Source: Podarcis erhardii (taxonomy: Eukaryota). Taken from it: a stretch of DNA of 64,000 bases. Of the stretch, positions 50,561 through 63,433 are shown piece by piece. The notes beneath the pieces are model-generated. The model saw only the letters and a list, made by a program, of their open reading frames with translations. It ran no database searches and had not been told where the DNA came from. The number at the start of each line of letters is the position of its first letter. Position 1 is the stretch's first letter. The translations under genes were made by a program, and so were the position numbers. The stretch is from assembly GCA_964252035.1 (NCBI GenBank), contig OZ176212.1. The stretch is one strand, 5' to 3'.

Positions 50561-53500
50561 ATGGTGGTGTTAGTGGTGTTTCTGCTTCTGCTGCCCCACA
50601 TGGTGTGCAAAGTAGATACCCTGAAATGTCCAACAAATGACCCCCTTCCTGTTCCCCATGAATGGTATGAGCCTGGGGACCTCCTCATTGGTGCCATCTC
50701 TTCTCAGATCATCTTCTTTTTCCCTGAAGTGTCCTTCGAACAACATCCTTCTAATGATTTGGGCTTCGATCTTCCAAGGTAAGATACCTTCCATCCCATA
50801 TCAGGTAAGACAGATTAGAAATTGTAAGAAATAGACACCTATAAGCAATATGTCAACATCAGACATCTCTATTCAGTTATTTACATTTCTTAAATTTCGT
50901 CCTTCAGTCCCAAATGGGGCATTGTGGTGTTGGAGGACAAATTGTCATTCATTATCCATGTCAATGTGATCCATCGTTTTAATTTATTTTATCCCCTCCC
51001 CCCACCCACATTTCTTCCATCTTCCCCATAACCAACCGTCTTTTTCTATAGTTCTCAAGCATTGTTGAGTTTGTTCTGCTAATTCCCCCCCCAAAAAATG
51101 GTGGTGGGAACTTGATGGTCTTGCATGGCTGAATTAGACTGCTTTACAGAAAGCCTGAACAGAAATGTATTGTGACAAAACAATTTCTTTTGCTTTAGAA
51201 TTCTCCACTGAAAGAAAATGTAACTCTCATTGCAGTGTAGTGACAAAGTCTTACCAGCATGCCTTGGCCTTGACATTTGCTGTAAACGAGGTCAACAAGA
51301 ACCCAAAAATCTTGCCCAATGTCACACTTGGGTTCCACATCTGTGACAGCTACTATGATGCAAGGATGACCTACCGCACCACTCTGGACCAGCTCTTCAA
51401 TTCACATAGATTTATCCCCAACTACAAATGTGGCACTCAGAAAAAACTCATAGCTGTCATTGGGGGAATGAGCTCTGATATTTCTTTCCACATGGCAAAC
51501 ATCTTAACTCTCTACAAGATTCCACAGGTAACATCTGTTCATGGAGAAGATATGCTCACCTCTTGTCATCCTGTTACTGCCTTTGTGGTTCAGGAAGAGG
51601 CTGAAAATGACTTGCAGAAAAACAAAGCCTTATTGGATATTGAAAAAGCAAGACCCAACTTTTCCAAGAGTAGGACCCCTTCTTTTGCATGTAATTAAAT
51701 CCCTGAGTTATAAAAGCTTCTATAAGCACCCAGGACAGCTCTGGCACCACTTTCATTTCTGTGCAAAGATTCTGGAAAGGTAAGTGAGGGGTTTTTGCCC
51801 ACCACAAATTGCAACCCATCTCTAAACTATCTGTACATTTTCTTTCAGCTCACATTTGGCTCATTTGCCCCAGAGGAAAGTAGCACAAAGAATTCCCCTT
51901 CCTTTTACCACATGGTCCCAAGCGAAACCCATCAGTACAGTGGGATTATCCAGTTGCTTCAACATTTTGGATGGACCTGGGTTGGGCTCCTAGCTGCTGC
52001 TGATGACAGTGGAGACCACTTCTTGCAGATCCTGGAGCCACTGCTTTCTCAGCACGGGATATGTTCAGCTTTCACAGAAAGGCTCCAGAAACAAGGACGA
52101 TTCATTTCCCTTGATATTCTGAGCGATATGGCATCAAACATTTATCATTCTTTCATGGATAGAAAAGCTAGAGCAATTATTATCTATGGTGAAAGCATGA
52201 CCCTTCTGTGGCTGAGCACTTTAGTGCCAATAGCAGATCTGGAATATGAAAGAAATATATCTGTTGGGAAGGTCTGGATTACAACAGCCCAGATTGATTT
52301 TTCAGTAACAGGCTTTATAACACGTAGTAATTTTCAAATATTCCAGGGGGCTATTTCTTTTGCTATACATGCAAGTGGACATCCAGGATTCCAGGCTTAT
52401 CTTCACAACATAAAACCTTATTGGAGACGAGGAGATGGTTTTCTCCAAGGATTTTGGGAACAAGCATTTGGATGTACATTTTCCAATCCCAGCATAACAC
52501 TGGAGGTAGATAGACCATGTATTGGACAGGAGAGGCTGGAGAGTCTTCCTGGACCTGTTTTCGAAATGGACATGACAGGTCACAGTTACAGTGTCTATAA
52601 TGCTGTCTATGCTGTGGCACATGCTTTGCATTCGAGGAACTCATCTACATTGAAAGATAGAGTGATGGTGGGGAGGAAAAGTTCTGAATTTCAAGATCTC
52701 CAGCCTTGGCAGGTAATGTTGTCACCACAGAATGTCTTCATTGCCAGGAATGCATTCATACATAGAGAAAAAAAACATCAAAATGTGTCCTCCTTGAATA
52801 CCTGTAGAAATTATGCACATATTAATGACTGAGAAAGCCATGGGGGTTCACATTTCTACCTATACGTGGAGCATGGGAAAAGTGAGCTGCAAATTTCTAG
52901 TCTTTCACCACTGCAATAGTGTTACTTGCCTCACCCGCTCTGTCAGTGAGTAATTTGGGGGCTGATTTGCACATCTCTCCAGCCATCAAGCCACCCAATA
53001 GTGTGGGAAGACCTGATCACCTGTTATGTCAGCCATCTGGGAATGCTTTGCTTCATTGGGTGAGAATGGATACATAGCCGTTTTTCACCTATGATGTACT
53101 AACTTGGAGAAAACTCTTATTTGAAGACCATCATCTGTATGTAGCTTCATGCCATGCAGATAGAATGTGAGTAGAGGGGGAAGAAAAATGAAAACAACAT
53201 TTGGTGAACCTGCTAAGGCATCTTGGACATCAGAGGATGGTTTCATCAAAGCTTCTCCTGAAAGGACAGGAGACTAGAAGAGATGGGGACAAGATCTATG
53301 CAGGGTCTTGGTGGCGCACCCATACTAAGCTTCAAGGTCTCGTTATATATTTGATGTGGGCAGACCTTTCCCAGCACATCAGTTATTTTAAACTAATGTC
53401 TCCTTTCCCCCTCTCAATTAGCTCCACCAATTTCTTCAAGGCACTTCATTTAACAATGCTGCTGGGGAAACAGTGACTTTTAATAATAAAGGGGAATTGC

Positions 53501-56500
53501 TTGCAGGATTTGATTTAACCAATATGGTCATATTTCCAAACATCTCCTTTCTTCGAGTAAAGGTGGGACAAGTGAATCCCAATGCCTTTGAGGGGAAAGA
53601 ATTCACCATCAATGAATCATCAATTGTGTGGAGCAGAAATTTTAACCAGGTTGTGTATTCTTGGGCATATGGGTGTGTGTTTGTGCAGCAGAATGGATGA
53701 TATTGGGGCTGTATGCTTCCTTTGGTGAAGCCTACAACAACTCTTACATTCCCATTATCACCTATCCCAATAACACATTTGTATACTAAACAGCTCCAGT
53801 GCTGGTTCACAAAAATGTTAACATACAGAATGCAAGCGATAATTCCACACATTAAATCACAACAGCAAAAACTCCATCTAAAATCTGTATGAACACATAA
53901 ACAGTTTAAGGACAACATGAAACTGTCCAAAGGAAACTTGGTGGGAAATGCTGAAGCACCAGAAGGGAGAGAACAGTAAGGTATTCAAGAAGATGCTTAC
54001 TGTTAATATTGTTTGGGCAAAGCAAAACTCTTTGGAGAGGAGAATCAATAAGTGGGGTGCCACCACCAAGTAGGCCCTCTCCTCTGCTTCATTTTATTAG
54101 CTGGGACAGGGTCATGGGAAAGGGCCTGCAAAGAATGATTATCTAAGCAACCTGGAGGGGGGGGAGTAATTTAGGGCTTTAACAGTTAAACACTGAAAAT
54201 GGATTGTGAACAGCTCTACCAAGATCAGTCTGTACAGTGGTACCTCGGGTTAAGTACTTAATTCATTCCGGAGGTCCGTTCTTAACCTGAAACTGTTCTT
54301 AACCTGAAGCACCACTTTAGCTAATGGGGCCTCCTGCTGCCGCCGTGCCGCCAAAGCCCAATTTCTGTACTTATCCTGAAGCAAAGTTCTTAACCTGAAG
54401 CACAATTTCTGGGTTAGCGGAGTCTGTAACCTGAAGCGTATGTAACCCGAGGTACCACTGTATCAATAAAATGTGAAACTGCCAATAGCATGATATCATT
54501 TTGCAAATTTATGGTGTGTCCACACTAAGAATATTGTGTGCATTTATAATGCACATAGTGATGGCTACCCATTTAAATAGTTTGAAGTGGGATTAGACAG
54601 ATTCATGGAGGATATGACTTTCAATCTGCTAAACATGTTGGCTTTGTTCTACTAACAGTGTTAGAAGCAGTGTGTCTTTGGATTTATGCTGCTGTTAATC
54701 ATAAGTGAGGAGAGTGTTGTTGCATTCAGGTCTTGCTTGTGGTCTTCTCATGGGCATCCAAGTGGCTACCATGCAAACATGATGCTGGTTTAGATGGGAC
54801 TTTGCCCTGACCTTGAAGGACTCTTATTAAGTGAAAAATATATATGTTGCTCACAACTATTTTGTACAGAAGTGAAGCACTCATGAAGAATAAAATTTTG
54901 TTGGGCTGTGGGAAAGTCTGAAGAAAGTTGTTTATGGTCACCAACAAACTGGTCAAAACAGTTCCTATTGGATAAAGTACCTGTGGAGCAGTTAATGTCA
55001 TTTCATTAATTGTTAGGTTGCCTTCAACCAATGGCATTTGCCGCCATGATTAGGAAAGAACTAGCTAAATCATGCCATCAGCCATGTTTTGCATTATTCT
55101 GTGCTGACTGATCAATTGTTTCCTTGTATAGCAGTTATTGAACAAAAACATTCTGAATTTATCTGATTGTCCTGTTTATTGATAGGTACCTCCTGTTTCT
55201 GTCTGCAGTGCCTCCTGCCGCCCTGGCTATCAGAAGAAAAAGAAGGAGGGGGAGAAATTTTGCTGCTACGACTGTGCTCAGTGCGCAGAAGGGAAGATTT
55301 CACACCGAAAGGGTGGGTGATGTATTGCTGCAAATATGACCAGTGTAAATGGAGATTAAATTTCATGCAATATATCTTACAGGTAAAAGATTAATGGAAT
55401 GTGACTACATATGCACATTGGGATTTTCATAGGTCAAGGTTAGTTTACACAGTCCAGAGTCATCAAGTGATGGGGGGGGGGAATGCTAAAAGCTATGGTA
55501 AATGCATGTGTGAACCACCCCTTTGCTGAAGAATTGGGAACTTGGTTGTACCAAGGACAATAAATGACTCAAAATTGTATTTTCCTGTATTTTCCTTTAT
55601 ACAGTATGAAGATGTGTTGTCTAAAAAAAGAAAAGCTCTCCAATCCCTTTAAAAGAGATGGATGAATCTTAAATTCAGTTTGCCACATCACATCAATCTC
55701 AAATTACTATTTTTTCCTAACATTTTATAAGAATTTTTTTTTTTGTGTGTGTGTGTGTGTGTAGTATTTATGTTTGATATTTTAGTGGTATTTTCCTCTG
55801 TTACTTGGAAATGTTAATTAACATAGATGCAGATGGTGAACAAGGATAAGCAGAAGAATAGTTAGATAATACTAAAATGCCTTTCTTCAAGACCAGCTCT
55901 CACACTGGGAACTAAGGGTCAGAGACTGCCAGGTCAAAGATCCATGGGACAAAAGAAAAACCTCAGTCAACAACAGAATAAGCATAGTTATGTGAGCAAC
56001 ATTTTTTTTTCCCCATCAGACATGGATGACTGTTTCAGATGCCCAGAAAACGAGTATCCGAACAAAGATCAAGAAAGATGCCTCCCCAAGATTATAAATT
56101 TTCTCTCTTTTGAAGAACCTTTGGGGATCAGCTTTGCTATGGTTGCTGCTTTTTTAGCAGTGATCACAGCTTTAGTGTTTGTGATTTTTATTAGACACAA
56201 AGATACTCCCATAGTCAAAGCCAACAACCGGGATGTCACCTATACCCTGCTCATCTCTCTGTTGCTCTGCTTCCTCTGCTCATTATTGTTTCTTGGACAA
56301 CCAAGTAAGGCGACCTGCTTTCTCCGTCAATCTGCTTTCGGCACCATCTTCTCAGTCGCTGTTTCCTGTGTGTTGGCCAAAACTGTCACTGTGATTCTCG
56401 CTTTCATGGCTACAAAACCAGGTTCCAACATGAGGAAGTGGGTGGGTAGAAGACTGACCAACTCCATTGTCTTCTCCTGCTCTCTTATTCAAGCAGGTAT

Positions 56501-56921
56501 CTGTGTAGTGTGGCTCGCTATCTCTCCCCCATTCCCAGACTTTGACATGGTATCATTAACCAAAATCATAGTAGCCAAATGCAATGAAGGTTCTGTCACC
56601 ATGTTTTATCTTGTCCTGGGCTACATGGGACTGTTGTCTATCATTAGTTTCACAGTGGCTTTTCTAGTAAGGAAACTGCCAGACACTTTCAATGAAGCCA
56701 AGTTCATCACCTTCAGCATGTTGGTGTTTTGCAGTGTTTGGTTGTGCTTTGTCCCAACCTACCTGAGCACCAAGGGGAAATACATGGTGGCTGTGGAGAT
56801 CTTCTCTATATTGGCCTCCAGTGCTGGGCTACTGGGCTGTATATTTTCCCCAAAATGCTACATTATTCTGCTGAGGCCTGACATGAACAGCAGGGAGCAG
56901 CTAATAAAGAGGAAAATATAG
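50561..56921 (+). CDS. Vmn2r: Vomeronasal type-2 receptor gene 3, six exons, about 876 aa, apparently intact
   Basis: Exons 50561-50778, 51236-51527, 51849-52712, 53422-53649, 55186-55312, 56020-56921; GT-AG with compatible phases; total 2631 nt. Internal exon sizes (292/864/228/127) are identical to gene 2. Confidence 0.93.
54235..54460. mobile_element. Tigger/pogo-type MITE
   Basis: TIR cagtggtacctcgggtt / aacccgaggtaccactg with TA flanks. Confidence 0.88.
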
Positions 56922-57851
56922 AGCATCAACTGCCCTTTTATATATATTCCCAATGTGGTATTAATGGAATGGATATCATGGGGCTTATTCAAGACTTCTG
57001 CTTGGGTTGTTACTATATATGCAAATAGATTTTGTTTTGTTCATACATCCTAAGTAACCTAAACCAATATGTGAAAAGTTTATATAACTGAGAAGTGAAG
57101 AATAAAATCTCTCGTTTATTCTTGTTCAGAAACCGATTTATTTTCTTTTTGTTCTGATGTTCTACTACAGGAAGTTCAAATTAGATAACCGGTGCTTTTT
57201 TCCTGGTTTCTAATATTCCTGTTGCATTTGGGACTGCAGCTTTTTAAATAAATAAACAACCATGCCATGCTAAATTTCATTCATGCCAGTGTGATACAAC
57301 ATCAGATAACATTGGGAACCACCATTTAAGTGCATGCAAGGTTCTGTTGCTTTATCATTCAATCAAGAACAAAAAGTGGTATTTCAGAATTCTTCCCTAA
57401 ATTTCATCACATTATGTAATCCATTAATACAGTGGGAAAATTATAGCTCAAATCTGCCACAATCTTCTGAGCTAACAGAGTTGCAAACATGCAAATAGAC
57501 ATTTCATGGAAGCAATCAATATAGGAATGAGTACTAAACAACAACAAGATTCTCCTTGATTACCAGAATTGAATTTTGCACTGTATAAAAGATCACATAA
57601 GAAGTGGAACTTAGCAGGAAATGAATTGCTGGAGAAATAGAATAAAGTGGTGTCTGAATGTAGCCTAGGCTTACTCTGAGTGTTCCATTTTGAACAATAG
57701 ACATGCCTCATTTGTGTCAACAAAATCCATACAATTTATCTTTCCTCTCCACACTTCTTCATATAGTATTTTGCGGCTGCAGCTGAACCAGTCCAGACAA
57801 CTGGCAAAGGAAGGTTTTTGTCTGGCTTCAGATTCACTTCCTTTCACTGTG

Positions 57852-58298
57852 TCTCTTGTACAGTAATAAACAGCAGTGTCCTCTGATTTCAAACTATTCA
57901 TTTGCAGATACAGCATGTTTGAAGGGTTGTCTCTGGAGATGGTGAAACGCCCTTTCACTGAGTCTGCATAATATTGTTGGTTACCACCAGGCCATATTAT
58001 TGCAACCCATTCCAGTCCTTTTCCAGGAGCCTGTCGCACCCAGTTCATTTCATAGCTGCTGAAGGTGAATCCAGAAGCTCGACAGGAGAGGCGGAGGGAC
58101 TCTCCAGGCTTTTTGACATCCCCTCCAGACTCTACCAGCTGGACTGCTGATTGGACACCTAGAAAAGGAGGAAAGCCATATTTAAAAGATCTGCTACATA
58201 TGAAGCCCTACATTATACTAGTCATCTTTGTTCAAAGAAGGAATAAAATTACCTCCCAAAACTGCTGAAACAAAAAGAAACTGAAGCCAAAGTGTCAT
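57852..58298 (-). CDS. IGHV: Conventional clan-III-like IGHV segment V14 (apparently functional)
   Basis: 46-nt leader 58253-58298 ([15 protein letters not shown]). Exon 57852-58158 reads [49 protein letters not shown]...[16 protein letters not shown]...YYCTRD. RSS: CACAGTG 57845-57851, 23 bp, ACAAAAACC 57813-57821. Confidence 0.95.
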
Positions 58299-58392
58299 GT
58301 TTGTCTCCTGATTTTGCTCTGAGAGGAACTGACTGGAAAGTGGTTCAGCAGTTCTACCTCTGGCTGTAGGCTGGGCAGAGAGTGTGCTGCTG

Positions 58393-58424
58393 CTTTAAAG
58401 AGGAAGCTGCCTCTGCATTTACAT
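58393..58424 (-). promoter_or_regulatory. VH promoter elements of V14: octamer variant ATGTAAAT and TATA-like TTTAAA
   Basis: atttacat at 58417-58424, about 120 bp upstream of the ATG, and ctttaaag at 58393-58400. Repeated at +817 and +1634. Confidence 0.6.
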
Positions 58425-58670
58425 GCAGCTCAGGATAAAAGAGCAACGCAGGTCTTTGACTGAGCAGATCTGTTTAGCCTTATACCAAACATACGACTTA
58501 CAGACACTACTTTTCAGGGACAGTCCCAGATTTACTGTTTAAAAGTGATCCCTATTGTAAGAGAGTTGTTGCTGCCAAGCTAGTAGAGATAACGCTCCAG
58601 GCACACAGCCATTTCTGCCTTGTTGATTTATTACTAAAAGTTCAAAGCAGTTACAAGAGTTCAAACAAAC

Positions 58671-59013
58671 TCTTTTGAAGAACCTTTGGGGATCAGCTTT
58701 GCTATGGTTGCTGCTTTTTTAGCAGTGATCACAGCTTTAGTGCTTGTGATTTTTATTAGATACAAAGATACTCCCATAGTCAAAGCCAACAACCGGGATG
58801 TCACCTATACCCTGCTCATCTCTCTGTTGCTCTGCTTCCTCTGCTCATTATTGTTTCTCGGACAACCAAGTAAGGCGACCTGCTTTCTCCGTCAATCTGC
58901 TTTCGGCACCATCTTCTCAGTCGCTGTTTCCTGTGTGTTGGCCAAAACTGTCACTGTGATTCTCGCTTTCATGGCTACAAAACCAGGTTCCAACATGAGG
59001 AAGTGGGTGGGTA
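58671..59013 (+). pseudogene. Vmn2r: V2R exon-6 fragment copy 1 (TM1-TM3)
   Basis: [11 protein letters not shown]...[10 protein letters not shown]...NMRKWVG, copied from gene 3 exon 6; no upstream exons. Confidence 0.92.
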
Positions 59014-59487
59014 CATATGAAGCCCTACATTATACTAGTCATCTTTGTTCAAAGAAGGAATAAAATTACCTCCCAAAACTGCTGAAACAAAAAGAAACTG
59101 AAGCCAAAGTGTCATGTTTGTCTCCTGATTTTGCTCTGAGAGGAACTGACTGGAAAGTGGTTCAGCAGTTCTACCTCTGGCTGTAGGCTGGGCAGAGAGT
59201 GTGCTGCTGCTTTAAAGAGGAAGCTGCCTCTGCATTTACATGCAGCTCAGGATAAAAGAGCAACGCAGGTCTTTGACTGAGCAGATCTGTTTAGCCTTAT
59301 ACCAAACATACGACTTACAGACACTACTTTTCAGGGACAGTCCCAGATTTACTGTTTAAAAGTGATCCCTATTGTAAGAGAGTTGTTGCTGCCAAGCTAG
59401 TAGAGATAACGCTCCAGGCACACAGCCATTTCTGCCTTGTTGATTTATTACTAAAAGTTCAAAGCAGTTACAAGAGTTCAAACAAAC

Positions 59488-59830
59488 TCTTTTGAAGAAC
59501 CTTTGGGGATCAGCTTTGCTATGGTTGCTGCTTTTTTAGCAGTGATCACAGCTTTAGTGCTTGTGATTTTTATTAGATACAAAGATACTCCCATAGTCAA
59601 AGCCAACAACCGGGATGTCACCTATACCCTGCTCATCTCTCTGTTGCTCTGCTTCCTCTGCTCATTATTGTTTCTCGGACAACCAAGTAAGGTGACCTGC
59701 TTTCTCCGTCAATCTGCTTTCGGCACCATCTTCTCAGTCGCTGTTTCCTGTGTGTTGGCCAAAACTGTCACTGTGATTCTCGCTTTCATGGCTACAAAAC
59801 CAGGTTCCAACATGAGGAAGTGGGTGGGTA
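59488..59830 (+). pseudogene. Vmn2r: V2R exon-6 fragment copy 2 (TM1-TM3)
   Basis: Same as copy 1 except one visible substitution (KATC to KVTC). Confidence 0.92.
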
Positions 59831-60469
59831 CATATGAAGCCCTACATTATACTAGTCATCTTTGTTCAAAGAAGGAATAAAATTACCTCCCAAAACTGCT
59901 GAAACAAAAAGAAACTGAAGCCAAAGTGTCATGTTTGTCTCCTGATTTTGCTCTGAGAGGAACTGACTGGAAAGTGGTTCAGCAGTTCTACCTCTGGCTG
60001 TAGGCTGGGCAGAGAGTGTGCTGCTGCTTTAAAGAGGAAGCTGCCTCTGCATTTACATGCAGCTCAGGATAAAAGAGCAACACTGGTCTTTGACTGAGCA
60101 GATCTGTTTAGCCTTATACCAAACATACGACTTACAGACACTACTTTTCAGGGACAGTCCCAGATTTACTGTTTAAAAGCGATCCCTATTGTAAGAGAGT
60201 TGTTGCTGCCAAGCTAGTAGAGATAACGCTCCAGGCACACAGCCATTTCTGCCTTGTTGATTTATTACTAAAAGTTCAAAGCAGTTACAAGAGTTCAAAC
60301 AAACGTGTCCATGCTTACATGCTTAACTCAGTCAGATTTCTGAGATTCTCGACTGAAGATTTGTGACGTCTTTTTGCCCAGCATGCCCATCGGTGCAGGG
60401 CACTCCTCCTACTTCCTTTGTTCTGTGAGTAGCTAGTTCTGGGGACTGGTTGCCCCCTCCCTATTTCTT

Positions 60470-62150
60470 TCTTTTTTTTTTCTCAGATGAAGTATATATT
60501 TTTTATATATATATAATTTTTTTAATGATTTTCCAATTTTTAAAACAAAATAGCATACAAACATCGACAAACAAAAACATACAAACAAGTATAATTTCAT
60601 ATCCTCATTTTCATAAGCCTTCTTTCTCGGACTTCCCCATACCTCACCCTTACTGCATCCTTGTTTTACAGTTTTTCAGCAACCCTTTACTCCAATTAAA
60701 TTATAACTTATTCTTTCTCAGTTTCATCTTAATTCATCAAACAGTTTCAGCTGTAATTCTGCATCTTCCTTTCCCTTGACATTTTAGCACTCATCAATTT
60801 TATAACAGTTCTTAAGATAAGCTTTAAATTTCTTCCAATCTTCCTCCACCGTCTCTTTCTCTTGGTCACGGATTCTGCCAGTCATTTCTGCCAATCCCAT
60901 AAAGTCAATCACTTTCGTCTGCCATTCTTCCAGTGTAGGTAATTCTTGTGTCTTCCAATACTTTGCTAGAAGAATCCTTGCCGCTGTGGTAGCGTACATA
61001 AAAAAAGTCTTGTCCTTTCTTGACACCAATTGGCCGACCATGCCCAAAAGAAATGCCTCTGGTTTCTTATGAAAAGTACATTTAAGTACCTTCTTAATTT
61101 CATTATAAATCATTTCCCAAAAGGCTTTAATCTTTGGGCAGGTCCACCAAAGGTGAAAGAAGATACCTTCAGTCTCATTACATTTCCAGCATTTATTATT
61201 GGGCAAATGGTAAATCTTCGCAAGCTTGACTGGGGTCATGTACCACCTATAAATCATTTTCATAATATTTTCTTTTAAGGCATTACATGCCGTAAATTTA
61301 ATGCCGGTGGTCCATAACTGTTCCCAGTCAGCAAACATAATGTCATGACCAATGTCCTGTGCCCATTTAATCATAGCTGATTTAACTGTCTCATCTATTG
61401 TATTCCACTTCAGCAACAAATTATACATTCTTGATAAATTCTTAGTATTGGGTTCTAACAATTCTGTTTCTAATTTCGATTTCTCCACCTGGAAACCAAT
61501 TTTCCTGTCTTGTTTAAAGGTCTCCATTATTTGATAATAATGGAGCCAGTCTCATACCTTGGACTTTATTTTCTCAAAACTCTGTAGTTTAAATTTACCA
61601 CTTTCTTGCTCTAAGATTTCAAAATATTTTGGCCATTTAGATTCCATATTAAGTTTCTTCACCTCCTTGGCCTCCATTGGTGATAACCACCTAGGAGTTT
61701 TATTTTCCAACAAGTCCTTATATCGAATCCAAACATTGTATAATGCTTTCCTAACAATATGGCTTTTAAAACCTTTATGAACTTTAACCTTGTCATACCA
61801 TATATATGCATGCCAACCAAATCTATTGTCAAATCCTTCCAAGTCCAGAATATCTGTGTTCTCAAGAAGTAGCCAGTCTTTCAACCAGCAGAAAGCTGCC
61901 GATTCATAGTACAGTCTTAAGTCCGGCAGGGCAAACCCCCCTCTATCTTTTGTGTCAGCTAATATCTTAAATTTTATTCTGGGCTTTTTGCCCTGCCAGA
62001 CAAATCTAGTTATATTTTTCTGCCACTTCTTGAAACAGTCTAGTTTGTCCACAATTTGTAATGTCTGAAACAAAAATAACATTCTAGGCAATACATTCAT
62101 TTTGATCACAGCAATTCGACCTAACAAGGAAAGCTTCAAATTCGATCATA
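60470..62150 (-). mobile_element. 5'-truncated L1/Tx1-clade LINE, same family as 33786-36872
   Basis: ORFs 61552-62139 and 60784-61527 are in frame, separated by one TGA (CGA in the other copy). A-rich tail. 20-bp TSD ttgccccctccctatttctt at 60450-60469 and 62151-62170. Confidence 0.95.
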
Positions 62151-62519
62151 TTGCCCCCTCCCTATTTCTTCCTCTGAGTCAGATGACAGACTGCTAATGA
62201 GCTCTTTAGACTCTCGGTAATTACCTCTCACCCCCCTCATCTCTCTAGCCATCTCCCTTTCCCTGACACCTATTCCTTATTTGATCCCAGAATGTTCCAC
62301 TTTTCCTTAGGACATCCCTATTTTCATCAGAGAAATGTTGGAAGGTGTGGACTTGGGACCAGGCCCATACAGAGGTTAAGTGAGTCCTGGGGTGGAAGTC
62401 TTGTTAGAATAAAATTATCAACTCAAACAAAAATGAATTGGTCCCTGGCACCCACCATACCTGTTGTTTCTAAGGGAATCCCAATGCAGCATCTCAACAT
62501 CCGCCTATCAGTTCAACAT

Positions 62520-62625
62520 TTATCTATCTATCATCTATCTATCTATCTATCTATTTATCTATCTATCATCTATCTATCTATCTATCATCTATCTATCTAT
62601 CTTTCTATCATCTATAATCTAACTA
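62520..62625. repeat. (TATC)n microsatellite
   Basis: Direct reading. Other microsatellites: (GAAT)n about 12695-12725, (AAT)n about 15499-15540, (GT)n about 19077-19110, (ATT)n about 24830-24878. Confidence 0.9.
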
Positions 62626-63433
62626 TCTATTTTAAAAAATTATATACTGCCCTTCATCATAAAATCTCAGGATGGTTCACAAGATAGAAGCACAAATAAA
62701 TGATCCAAACAGAAGCAAAAAACCAGTAATCCCCCCCTCCCACAAAAACGTCTACAAGGCTGTATAATATCCATTAGTCAAGGACCTGGTTGAAGCCAAT
62801 GTGAGCCATCCTGTAATTTTCAGATGAGGGGTGGAGTAGAAAAATAAAAATGAGAGTGATCTTGATTTATCCCAGCTATGCTCAATTCTGAGGGTTCAGG
62901 CATCATGTCAGAAAATGGTCTGTTTTATTTCCAACCAAATTAACATGACTATCCCCTTCTGTCCATTACACTGATGGTGTGCCAGGAACAATAAGTCCTA
63001 CATTGCGTCATATACACACAAAGCAGGAAAGTGGGACTGCAAAGTTGGAAACAGGGACACTCTGGAGCAAAGTGGATTGAAACAGTCCACCTCTCTCTCC
63101 CTGAAAGTGGCTAACATGCTGCTGCAACATCTATCTACCTGCCATGGCAATTTGCCTCACCTCACCTAGGAACAGATGCACTCTGTATGCCCACCTGCAC
63201 TTTCCCTTTCAGGATCAAGGGGAATAGAGGTGGCATTGCCTGCCTCTCCTGCTGTGCTTTCCTGAAGATTCTGACTATTCAATGTGGGGGAAAGAAGCCT
63301 GAATTAGGTGGAGCCTTGGTCTCAAAAGTCCAAATATCTTCTAGTGTCCTGACTCATGTCCCTGCTCCTTGTTTCCACCATCAGTTGTGTCCTACAGGAA
63401 CAAACTGGAGCACTGCCATGAGCAAGAAGAGGC

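Larger units (their letters stand above)
58197..60304. repeat. 817-bp tandem array: three VH promoter/leader modules alternating with two V2R exon-6 fragments
   Basis: VH modules at 58197-58670, 59014-59487, 59831-60304; V2R fragments at 58671-59013 and 59488-59830, each matching 56106-56448. Confidence 0.93.

Noticed and set aside
58197-60304. 817-bp tandem array as a pure assembly artefact
   Set aside because: The V2R fragments share substitutions absent from gene 3, and the copies differ from each other (gcg/gtg, caacgcagg/caacactgg, gtgatc/gcgatc). Exact copy number still needs long reads.
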